Assembly (NCBI GenBank): GCA_963835685.1
Contig: CAWIGI010000009.1
Location: forward strand, 28,201-52,200
From: Miltoncostaeaceae bacterium
GTDB lineage: Bacteria > Actinomycetota > Thermoleophilia > Miltoncostaeales > Miltoncostaeaceae
Reading direction: 5' to 3'
Length of the DNA stretch: 24,000 nt
In this document: positions 15,214 through 23,366 of the stretch, piece by piece
Layout of the letters: every line of letters starts with the position of its first letter
Numbering within the stretch: the stretch's first letter is position 1
Program-made: the position numbers and the translations under genes
The notes under the pieces: model-generated
The model's input: the letters and a program-made list of their open reading frames with translations, nothing else
Told to the model about the DNA's origin: nothing
The model's database searches: none

Positions 15214-16203
15214 ATCCTGGAGGGTCTCGAGCGCACCCTGGTCGAGGAGAAGCGGTCCATCGAGGCCGAGGAGGCTCGGCAGCTCGTGGGCCTGCCCGCT
15301 GCGGAGCTGCCGCGCCTCCTCGGCCTCGCTCACGAGGTGCGGCGGCGCTGGTGGGGCGAGGGCGTCGAGCTCGAGTCCCTGATCAGCGCCCAGACCGGGG
15401 GGTGTCCCGAGGACTGCGCCTTCTGCTCGCAGTCGATGCACTACGACGCCCCGGCCCAGCGCCACGCCTTCCTCCCGCTCGACCAGGTGCTCGCGGCCGC
15501 GCGGGCGACCGAGGCCTCCGGGGCCAGCGCGTTCTGCATCGTCGTCGCGGTGCGCGGGCCGGACCGGCGCCTGATGGACCAGGTGCTGCGCGCGATCGAG
15601 GCCATCCACGCCGAGACGGGCCTCGACGTCGACTGCTCGCTCGGCATCCTCACGCGCCCCCAGGCCGAGGCCCTGCGCGACGCGGGGGTCCATCACTACA
15701 ACCACAACCTGGAGACCAGCCGGAGCTTCTTCCCCGAGATCGTCACCACGCACACCTGGGAGGAGCGCGCCGAGACGTGCCGGCTTGTCACCGAGCTCGG
15801 CATGAAGCTCTGCAGCGGCGGCATCCTCGGGATGGGGGAGACCTGGGAGCAGCGGCTCGAGCTCGCCTACGAGCTGCGCGAGCTGGGGCCCGACGAGATC
15901 CCGCTCAACTTCCTCAACCCACGCCCCGGAACCCCGCTGGCCGGCCGGAGGCCGCTCGAGGCACACGACGCGCTGCGCGCGATCGCGATCTTCCGGCTGG
16001 TGTTCCCCGACCGGATCATCCGCTATGCGGGCGGCCGCGAGCTGGTGCTGCGCGACGCCCAGGCCCTCGGCCTGGTCGGCGGGGTGAACGGGATGATCGT
16101 CGGCAACTACCTCACCACCGCCGGCCGCCCCGCGGCCGAGGACGTGCGCCTGGCCCGCGACCTGGGGATGCCGGTGGTCCCGGGCGCGCGCGCGGGCGAC
16201 TGA
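15205..16203 (+). CDS. bioB: Biotin synthase.
   Basis: Radical-SAM CPEDCAFC motif plus [19 protein letters not shown] and [11 protein letters not shown] blocks. First gene of the bio operon. Confidence 0.93.
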   Translation: MTTILEGLERTLVEEKRSIEAEEARQLVGLPAAELPRLLGLAHEVRRRWWGEGVELESLISAQTGGCPEDCAFCSQSMHYDAPAQRHAFLPLDQVLAAARATEASGASAFCIVVAVRGPDRRLMDQVLRAIEAIHAETGLDVDCSLGILTRPQAEALRDAGVHHYNHNLETSRSFFPEIVTTHTWEERAETCRLVTELGMKLCSGGILGMGETWEQRLELAYELRELGPDEIPLNFLNPRPGTPLAGRRPLEAHDALRAIAIFRLVFPDRIIRYAGGRELVLRDAQALGLVGGVNGMIVGNYLTTAGRPAAEDVRLARDLGMPVVPGARAGD

Positions 16204-16214
16204 CGGGGCGGCCC

Positions 16215-17507
16215 GTGGGCCCCCAGGAGGTGCTGGCGCTCGACCGCGCGCACGTCTGGCACCCCTACGCGCCGATGCCCGCCGCCGACCCGCCGCTCGT
16301 GGTCGAGTCGGCGTCCGGCGTGCGGCTGCGCCTCGCCGAGCCGGTCGGCGGGGTGCGGGAGCTCGTGGACGGCATGTCGTCCTGGTGGTCCGCCATCCAC
16401 GGCTACGCCCACCCGGCGCTCGACGCGGCCGCGCGCGACCAGCTCGGCCGGATGAGCCACGTGATGTTCGGCGGGATCACCCACGAGCCCGCCGTGCGGC
16501 TGGCGGCGCGTCTGGTCGAGATCACCCCCGGGCCGCTGCGCCACGTGTTCCTCGCCGACTCGGGCTCGGTGTCGGTCGAGGTCGCGGTGAAGATGTGCCT
16601 CCAGCACTGGCGCTCCCGGGGGCGCCCGGAGAAGCGCCGCCTCTGCACCTGGCGCGGCGGCTACTACGGCGACACCCTCCAGCCGATGTCGCTCTGCGAC
16701 CCCGACGGCGGCATGCACCAGATGTGGGCCGGCGTCCTCCCCGAGCAGGTCTTCGCGGAGATGCCTCCCGCCGGCTTCGGCGCGCGCCCCGACCAGGCGT
16801 ACATCGACCGGCTCGAGGCCACCGTCGCCGAGCACGCCGCCGAGCTCGCCGCCCTCATCGTGGAGCCGGTCGTGCAGGGCGCCGGGGGGATGCGCTTCCA
16901 CTCGCCGGCGTACGTCGCCGCCCTCCGGGAGATCGCGGACCGTCACGACGTCCTCCTCGTCTTCGACGAGATCGCGACGGGCTTCGGGCGCACCGGCGAG
17001 CTGTTCGCCGCCGACCACGCGGGCGTCGCGCCCGACGTGATGTGCGTCGGGAAGGCGATGACCGGCGGCTACATGACCATGGCGGCGGCGCTGTGCACCC
17101 CGGCGGTGGCCGAGGCCATCTCGACCGGAGACGTGCCGGTGCTCGCCCACGGGCCGACCTTCATGGGCAACCCGCTGGCCGCGGCCGTCGCCGGCGCCTC
17201 GATCGACCTGCTGCTGGCCGGCGACTGGCGCGGCGAGGTCGCGCGCCTCGAGGCCGGCCTGCGCGAGGGGCTCGCGCCGGCCGCCGGCCTGGCCGGGGTC
17301 GCGGACGTGCGCGCGCTCGGCGCCATCGGCGTGGTGCAGCTCGACCACGAGGTGGACGTGCCCGCCGCGACCCGGGCCGCCGTCGAGCGCGGCGTCTGGC
17401 TGCGGCCGTTCCGCGACCTCGTCTACACGATGCCGCCCTACGTGGCCGGCGACGACGACGTCGCGCGCATCTGCGAGGCCGCCGTCGCCGCGGCGGAGGC
17501 CGGATGA
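16215..17507 (+). CDS. bioA: Adenosylmethionine-8-amino-7-oxononanoate aminotransferase.
   Basis: Motifs: [45 protein letters not shown], and PLP-Lys block [11 protein letters not shown]. The start is taken at GTG 16215; the track ORF from 15351 is an off-frame overlap of bioB. Confidence 0.9.
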   Translation: MGPQEVLALDRAHVWHPYAPMPAADPPLVVESASGVRLRLAEPVGGVRELVDGMSSWWSAIHGYAHPALDAAARDQLGRMSHVMFGGITHEPAVRLAARLVEITPGPLRHVFLADSGSVSVEVAVKMCLQHWRSRGRPEKRRLCTWRGGYYGDTLQPMSLCDPDGGMHQMWAGVLPEQVFAEMPPAGFGARPDQAYIDRLEATVAEHAAELAALIVEPVVQGAGGMRFHSPAYVAALREIADRHDVLLVFDEIATGFGRTGELFAADHAGVAPDVMCVGKAMTGGYMTMAAALCTPAVAEAISTGDVPVLAHGPTFMGNPLAAAVAGASIDLLLAGDWRGEVARLEAGLREGLAPAAGLAGVADVRALGAIGVVQLDHEVDVPAATRAAVERGVWLRPFRDLVYTMPPYVAGDDDVARICEAAVAAAEAG

Positions 17508-18686
17508 GCCGCACCGGCCTCGACTGGCTGCCGGAGGCGCTCACCGACCTCGCCGACCGCGACCTGCTGCGCGTCCTGACCTACTGCCAGGGCGCGCCCG
17601 ACCCCGAGGTCGAGATCGACGGCGTCCCGCACCTCCTGCTCGCGTCCAACAACTACCTCGGGCTCGCCAACGACCCGGCGGTCGTGGCCGGCGCCCGCGC
17701 CGCGCTGGAGGAGTACGGGGCCGGCGCCGGCGCCTCGCGCCTGGTCACCGGCAGCCTCGACCTGCACCGACGCCTCGAGGAGCGGATCGCCGCGCTCAAG
17801 CGCTGCGAGGACGCGCTGGTCTTCCCGACCGGGTTCCAGGCGAACGTCGGCACGATCCCGGCGCTCGTCGGGCGGGGCGACCTCGTCCTCTCCGACGAGC
17901 TCAACCACGCCAGCCTCATCGACGGGTGCCGTCTCTCGGGCGCCGAGGTCGTGCGCTACCCGCACGCCGACGCGGACGCGCTGGAGTCGGCCCTCCGCGC
18001 CGCGGGGCCGCGGCCGCGGCGGCTGATCGTCACCGACACGGTCTTCAGCATGGACGGCGATCTCGCCCCCCTTCCCGCGATCGTCGAGGTCGCCGATCGC
18101 CACGGCTGCATGTTGATGGTCAACGAGGCCCACGCCACGGGGGTGCTCGGCAGCACCGGCGCCGGGGCCCTGGAGCACTTCGGCCTGGAGGGCCGCGTGC
18201 CCGTCGTGATGGGGACCCTCTCCAAGGCCCTCGGCGCCCAGGGCGGCTACGTGGCCGGCGACCGCGACCTCTGCCACTACCTGCGCACCCGCGACCGCGG
18301 CTTCGTCTTCACCACCGCCCTCGCCCCCGCGGCGGCCGGGGCGGCGCTCGCTGCCCTCGACCTCGTGCGCGACCAGCCCGAGCGCCGCGCCCGCCTGCGC
18401 GCGCTCGTGGCGCGACTCGTCGAGGGAGCGCGGGGCCCTCGGCTACACGGTCCTGCCCACCGACTCGGCCGTCGTCGGCGTCCTCGTCGGCGAGTCGGCC
18501 GACGCCCTCGCCGTCGGGGCCTCGCTGCGCCGCGCACGGGTCTGGGCGCCGGCCATCCGTCCGCCGTCGGTCCCGCCGGGCACCGCGCGCCTGCGCCTCA
18601 CCGTCATGGCGACCCACGAGGACCGCCACATCGACTGGGCGCTCGAGGCGCTCGCGGACGCCCGCAACCTGGTGCCGGCCGCGTGA
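17504..18686 (+). pseudogene. bioF: 8-amino-7-oxononanoate synthase, interrupted by a +1 frameshift near 18432-18438 in this sequence.
   Basis: ATG 17504 overlaps the bioA stop (ATGA). The frame used from 17504 gives NNYLGL, FPTGFQAN, SDELNHASLIDG, TDTVFSMDGD and the PLP-Lys block GTLSKALG as far as ...RLVEGARG. The canonical C-terminus (ALGYTVLPTDSAVVGVLVGES...AIRPPSVPPGTARLRLTVMATH...) continues in the next frame to TGA 18684-18686. The span is 1183 nt, one more than a multiple of 3. Confidence 0.85.
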
Positions 18687-19483
18687 TGCTCGGGGAGCCC
18701 GGCATCTTCGTCATGGGGACGGACACCGGCGTCGGCAAGACGGTCGTGACGGCATCCATCGCCCTCGCCGCCCGGGCGCGGGGGCGCGACCCGGCCGTCC
18801 TCAAGCCGGCCCAGACCGGCGACGACGGGACCATCACCGGCGACGCCGAGTTCGTGGCCGCCCTGATCGGGCTCGACGAGCCGTCCGAGGCGATCTGCCC
18901 GTACCGCCTGCGGGCGCCGCTGGCGCCCTCGGTGGCCGCGTCGCTGGAGGGCCGCCGCCTCGACCCTCAGGTCGTTGCACGCTCATACAACGAACTGGCG
19001 GGGCGGCACGACCTCGTGCTGGTCGAGGCTGCGGGCGGCGCGCTCGTGCCGTTCTCGGACGGCGTCGACATGGCCGGCCTGGCGTCGCTGCTGGCCCTGC
19101 CGGTGGTGGTCGCCGCCCGGCCCGGGCTGGGGACGCTGAACCACACGCTCCTCACGCTCGAGGCCCTGCACCGGCGCGGGCTGACGGTGCTCGGCGTGGT
19201 CATCAGCGGCTACCCGGCGGAGCCCGGCCTCGACGCGCTCACGAACCCGGCCGCGCTCGCGCGCCTGACCCCGGTCCCCCTGTTGGGCGCCATCCCCGAC
19301 GACCCCGAGATCGACGTCGAGGCTGGCAGGCCCGGGTCCCTCGCGGAGATCGGCCCGGCCGGGCTCGACCCGCTGCTCGGCGGGACCTTCTCGCCGGCGC
19401 GGTTCCGCCGCCATGGCGAGGCCCGGCTCGCCGCGCTCGCGTCCCACCCGAAGGAGAGGAGCACCGCCCGTGGATCCCACTGA
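18686..19483 (+). CDS. bioD: Dethiobiotin synthetase.
   Basis: MLGEPGIFVMGTDTGVGKT (P-loop), LVEAAGG, GTLNHTLLTLEAL. GTGATG overlaps the restored bioF stop; GTG 18683 is an alternative start. As written, the shifted bioF frame runs straight into bioD, giving a 660-codon ORF at 17504..19483. Confidence 0.88.
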   Translation: MLGEPGIFVMGTDTGVGKTVVTASIALAARARGRDPAVLKPAQTGDDGTITGDAEFVAALIGLDEPSEAICPYRLRAPLAPSVAASLEGRRLDPQVVARSYNELAGRHDLVLVEAAGGALVPFSDGVDMAGLASLLALPVVVAARPGLGTLNHTLLTLEALHRRGLTVLGVVISGYPAEPGLDALTNPAALARLTPVPLLGAIPDDPEIDVEAGRPGSLAEIGPAGLDPLLGGTFSPARFRRHGEARLAALASHPKERSTARGSH

Positions 19484-20159
19484 CGCCGCACACGTGCTGC
19501 AGACGCCGGACGAGTACGCCGGCTTCCTGTCGGGGCTGTCGCCCGCCAAGCGGATCGAGATGCTCAACAGCTTCCGCTGCGCCGAGCTCCAGGGGGCCGA
19601 GGAGCTGCGCGTGCTGTCCGAGACGGTCGACGACCCAGACCTCGCGAGGAAGTTCGCGCGGCACGCCGCCGACGAGGAGAAGCACGGCGCCTACTTCGCC
19701 GAGATCATGCGCCGCCTCGGCGTCGAGCCCTTCGACCCGCCGGACGAGCCCGACCACATCACGATCGGTGGCCGGCTGATCGTGGACACGCTCAACGACA
19801 TCGAGGAGATCCTCCCCCGGCGCGGCGAGACGGTCGGGCTCGACCGGGTGATCCCGATCCTGACCCTCTTCCAGGCCGTTGAGAGCCGGGCGCTCGTGTC
19901 GTTCGAGGCGCACCGGCGCACCTTCGAGCGGGCCGACCCGGTCATCGCCGGGAGGATCGCCGAGATCATCGCCGACGAGAGCCACCACGCCGCATACGTT
20001 CGCAAGCTGCTCGACCGCTGGGCCGAGCAGGGCTGGGGCGACGCCGTGCGCGAGGCTCAGGAGGCGACCGACGCCCGCGAGGAGCGCGCCCGCGAGTGGG
20101 CTGCCGAGCGCCTCGAGGCCGAGCGCCTGCGCGAGGAGGGGGAGCTGTCGGCGACCTGA
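19470..20159 (+). CDS. Ferritin-like (four-helix-bundle, diiron-carboxylate type) protein of unknown function, embedded in the biotin operon.
   Basis: GTG 19470 lies 8 nt after AAGGAGAGGAG and 14 nt inside the bioD 3' end. Putative metal-ligand pattern E...ExxH...E...ExxH, read from AELQGAEEL / ADEEKHGAYF / FQAVESRAL / IADESHHAAYV. The C-terminal tail is highly charged. ATG 19413 is a less likely start. Confidence 0.65.
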   Translation: MDPTDAAHVLQTPDEYAGFLSGLSPAKRIEMLNSFRCAELQGAEELRVLSETVDDPDLARKFARHAADEEKHGAYFAEIMRRLGVEPFDPPDEPDHITIGGRLIVDTLNDIEEILPRRGETVGLDRVIPILTLFQAVESRALVSFEAHRRTFERADPVIAGRIAEIIADESHHAAYVRKLLDRWAEQGWGDAVREAQEATDAREERAREWAAERLEAERLREEGELSAT

Positions 20160-21125
20160 CCTCCGAGCGCAGGGAGCGGGTCCTCGCCGCACTCGTGGGG
20201 GGCGGCGCGGCCGGGGTCTCGGGCGAGGCGCTGGCGGCCGAGCTCGGCTGCTCGAGGGCGGCGGTGCACCGCCACGTCGAGGCGCTGCGGCGGGACGGCC
20301 TGGTCGTCCGCGGCGGCCCGGACGGCTATCGCCTCGACGAGGGCGCCGACCCGGTCGTCCCGATGCTCGTGGCGCCGCGCCTCGCGCCGCCGCTGGCCGG
20401 CCCGGTGGTGTGGCTGGCCGAGACCGGCTCCACGAACGACGAGGCGATCGAGCGCGCGCGCGGTGGTGCCGCGGAGGGGCTCGTCGTCGGCGCCGACCGC
20501 CAGCGCGCCGGCCGGGGGCGGCGCGGGCGCCCGTGGGTGGCCGCGGCCGGGCACGGGCTGCTGGTCTCGGTGCTGCTGCGGCCGGAGGTGCCGCCGGTGG
20601 ACGCCGGGCTCCTTCCGATCGTCGCCGCCGTCGGGGCCGCCGAGGCGCTCGGGCCGGAGGCGCGGATCGTCTGGCCCAACGACATCCTGATCGCCGGGCG
20701 CAAGGTGGCCGGGATCCTCTGCGAGATGTCCGCCGACCAGGAGCGCGTGGAGTGGGCGGTCGCGGGGGTCGGGGTGAACGTGCGCTCCGCCCCGGCGCTC
20801 GACGATGCGCGCTGGGAGCCCGGCGCATTGTCGGACGCCGGCCCGCCGCCGCGCCGGGCCGACCTGCTGGTCGGGCTGCTCGGCGCCCTCGGCCGGCGCT
20901 ACGCCGCATGGGTCGAGGGCGGCCCGCCGGCCGTCCTCGACGCGTACGCCGCGCGCGACGCCCTGCGCGGCCGCCAGGTGGTCGTGAGCCTGGCCGGCGA
21001 GGAGGTGACGGGGCGAGTGCGCCGGCACCGACGCGCTCGGGCGGTTGCGCGTGGGCACCGCGGCTGGTGAGCGCCTGCTGGGAGCGGGCGAGGTCGTGCG
21101 CGTCGGCCCGGCGCCCGAGGGGTAG
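20096..21125 (+). pseudogene. birA: Bifunctional biotin operon repressor / biotin-[acetyl-CoA-carboxylase] ligase (group II, with N-terminal wHTH), interrupted by a +1 frameshift near 21020 in this sequence.
   Basis: wHTH: VSGEALAAELGCSRAAVHRHVEALRRDGLVV. Ligase motifs: ETGSTND, RQRAGRGRRGRPW, WPNDILIAGRKVAGIL. After ...GEEVTGRV the as-written frame gives RRHRRARAVARGHRGW and stops at 21070. The next frame gives the canonical tail AGTDALGRLRVGTAAGERLLGAGEVVRV and stops at 21125. The start is ambiguous: GTG 20096, or CTG 20156 at the position expected for the family. Confidence 0.85.
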
Positions 21126-21134
21126 GTTCAGCCC

Positions 21135-22313
21135 GTGGCGACGGCTCCATCGCTCGCCGGCAGCGACATCTACCTCACCGACGACCTCCTCGCCGACGAG
21201 GAGCGGGCCGTGCGCGACCGGGTGCGCCGCTTCGGCGACGAGGAGGTGCGCCCCGTCATCAACGGCTACTGGGAGCGCGCGGAGTTCCCGTTCGAGCTGA
21301 TCCCCAAGCTCGCCGCGCTCGGGGTCTGCGGCGGGACCATCGAGGGCTACGGGTGCCCCGGCCTCAGCCCGCTCGCCGCCGGCCTGGTGTCGATGGAGCT
21401 CGCGCGCGCCGACGGGAGCGTGAGCACCTTCCACGGGGTGCATTCGGGCCTCGCGATGGGCGCGATCGGCCAGCTCGGCTCCGAGGAGCAGAAGGCGCGC
21501 TGGCTGCCCGGCATGGCGAGCCTGGAGGCCGTGGGGGCCTTCGCCCTGACCGAGCCGGAGCACGGGTCGGACGCCGTCACCCTGGAGACGCGGGTACGGC
21601 GGCTCGGCGACGGCTACGTCATCGACGGCGCCAAGCGCTGGATCGGCAACGCCACCTTCGCGGATCTCACCGTGGTGTGGGCGGGGGACGGGTCGGGGGA
21701 CGTGGGCGCGTACGTGGTCGAGAAGGGCACCCCCGGCGTCGAGGCCCGGCTGATCACGGGCAAGGTCGCCAAGCGCGCCTCCTGGCAGGCCGATCTGACC
21801 CTTCGCGACGTGCGCGTGCCGGCCGAGAACCGCCTGGAGGCCGCCGTCGAGCTTCGAGGATGCGGCGCGGGTGCTCGCCGCCGCGCGGCCCGGCATCGCC
21901 TGGGGCGCCCTCGGCCACGCCGTCGCCGCCTACGAGGCGGCGGTCGCGTACACGCTCGAGCGCGAGCAGTTCGGATCGCCGATCGGCGGCTACCAGCGCA
22001 CCCAGTACCGGCTGGCGAAGATGCTCGCCGAGATCACCGCCATGCGCCTGATCTGCATGCGCCTCGCGGAGCTGGTGGGGCGGGGGAGCTGACGCCGGCC
22101 ATGGCGAGCCTGGCCAAGATGCACAATGCGGCCCGCGCCCGCGCGGTGGTGGCGGAGGCCCGTGACCTGCTCGGCGGCAACGGGCTGCTGCTCCAGCACG
22201 ACGTCGCCCGGCACCTGGGCGACGTGGAGGCCGTCTCGACGGTCGAGGGCACGGACGTCGTCCACGCGCTCATCGTGGGCCGGGAGATCACCGGGATCTC
22301 GGCGTTCAGCTGA
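21135..22313 (+). pseudogene. gcdH: Glutaryl-CoA dehydrogenase-like acyl-CoA dehydrogenase. The ORF is uninterrupted, but its central ~80 codons are out of frame (+1 at about 21840-21847, -1 at about 22082-22086).
   Basis: Outer parts in one frame: GYGCPGLS, FALTEPEHGSD, KRWIGNATFADL, VPAENRLEAA and LTPAMASLAKMHNA...GGNGLL...VEGTDVVHALIVGREITGISAF. The conserved middle (SSFEDAARVLAAARPGIAWGALGHA...REQFGSPIGGYQ..LAKMLAEITAM..) is read only in the next frame (21847-22089). In the main frame this stretch is an Arg/Pro/Gly-rich string. Confidence 0.8.
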
Positions 22314-22321
22314 GCCGGCCC

Positions 22322-23327
22322 GTGCGCGCCGCCGTCTACCAGGGCCAGGGCCGGATCACCGTCGAGGAGCGCCCCGACCCGGTCGCCGGGCCGGGCGAGC
22401 TGGTCGTGCGGGTGCGCGCCTGCGGCCTCTGCGGCAGCGACCTCATGGCCTGGTACCAGGACCCGCGGGCCCCGCTGGTGCTGGGCCACGAGCCGGCCGG
22501 CGAGGTCGTGCAGGCCGGCCCCGGCGCCCCCGTCGCCGAGGGGACGCGCGTGTTCGTGCACCACCACGTCCCGTGCATGACCTGTGACCTCTGCCGCGCC
22601 GGGCGCCACACGCTGTGCCCCGCGTTCCGGCGCAGCCGCATCGACCCCGGCGGCCTGGCCGAGCTGGTCCGGGTGCCGGCGGACAACGTCCGCGCCGACG
22701 TCCTCGCCCTGCCCGACACCCTCCCCGACTGGGCGGCGACCCTCATCGAGCCGCTCGCCTGCGTGGTTCGCGGCCAGCGCTGGGCGGGGGTGGGGCCCGG
22801 CTCGCGCGTGGCCGTGGTGGGCGCGGGAGCGATGGGGCTGCTCGAGATCCGCGCCGCCCTGGAGGCGGGCGCGGCGGCGGTCGCCGCCGTGGAGCCGCGC
22901 GCCGACCGGCGCGCCCTCGCCGAGGCCGCCGGCGCGACGGCGCTCCCCGGGCCGGAGCCGGACGGACTGCGCGCCGCCCTGGGTGGGGAGCTCGCCGATC
23001 AGGTCTTTGTCTGTACGGCCAATCGGGAGGCGATCGCCGACGCCCTCCACCTCGCGGGCCCGGGGGGCGTGGTCCAGCTCTTCGCCCCGACGCCGCCCGG
23101 CGAGCTCGTGGGGCTCGACCTCGGGTCGGTCTTCTTCCGCGAGGTGAGCATCCAGTTCGACCTACTCGGCCGGGCCCTTCGACACGCGCGACGCGCTCGC
23201 GCTACTGGCGTCGGGCGCCGTCGACGCGGCGACGCTGGTCTCGCACCGGCTGCCGCTCGATGAGGTGGCGGAGGCATTTCGCCTCGCACGCTCCGGGGAG
23301 GCGACCAAGGTGGTCGTCGAGCCGTAG
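22322..23327 (+). pseudogene. Zn-dependent medium-chain dehydrogenase/reductase (alcohol/threonine dehydrogenase-like), interrupted by a +1 frameshift near 23156-23162 in this sequence.
   Basis: Motifs: GLCGSD, LGHEPAGEV, structural-Zn block CMTCDLCRAGRHTLC, Rossmann VAVVGAGAMG. After ...FFREVSIQ the as-written frame becomes FDLLGRALRHARRARATGV... and stops at 23263. The next frame gives a typical MDR tail, YSAGPFDTRDALALLASGAVDAATLVSHRLPLDEVAEAFRLARSGEATKVVVEP, and stops at 23327. Confidence 0.8.
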
Positions 23328-23366
23328 GCTGGACGGGGCAACCGGAGCGACAGAAGGGGGAACGAG

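Noticed and set aside
16385-19483. 1032-aa ORF, the longest in the window, which could be read as a giant multifunctional biotin enzyme.
   Set aside because: It is a composite. Its first ~370 codons are an off-frame overlap of bioA (Arg/Pro/Gly-rich, no motifs). Then comes genuine bioF up to the frameshift at about 18435, then ~83 off-frame codons, then genuine bioD. It exists only because GC-rich alternative frames lack stop codons.
19239-21896. 885-aa minus-strand ORF antisense to bioD, the ferritin-like gene, birA and the ACAD gene. Similar long ORFs occur at 9906..11942(-), 12139..13731(-), 14395..15966(-), 5455..7368(+), 650..2587(+) and 17926..19779(+).
   Set aside because: Their translations are monotonous Arg/Pro/Gly/Ala strings with no recognisable motifs. 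Each is antisense or off-frame to a gene with clear family motifs. This is the typical shadow-ORF artefact of very GC-rich DNA.
18428-23166. Programmed ribosomal frameshifting as the explanation for the frame changes in bioF, birA, the ACAD gene and the ADH gene.
   Set aside because: No slippery heptamer (X XXY YYZ) or obvious downstream stimulatory structure is seen at any site. The affected enzymes are ordinary single-frame proteins in other organisms. Short homopolymer or dinucleotide contexts point to indels.
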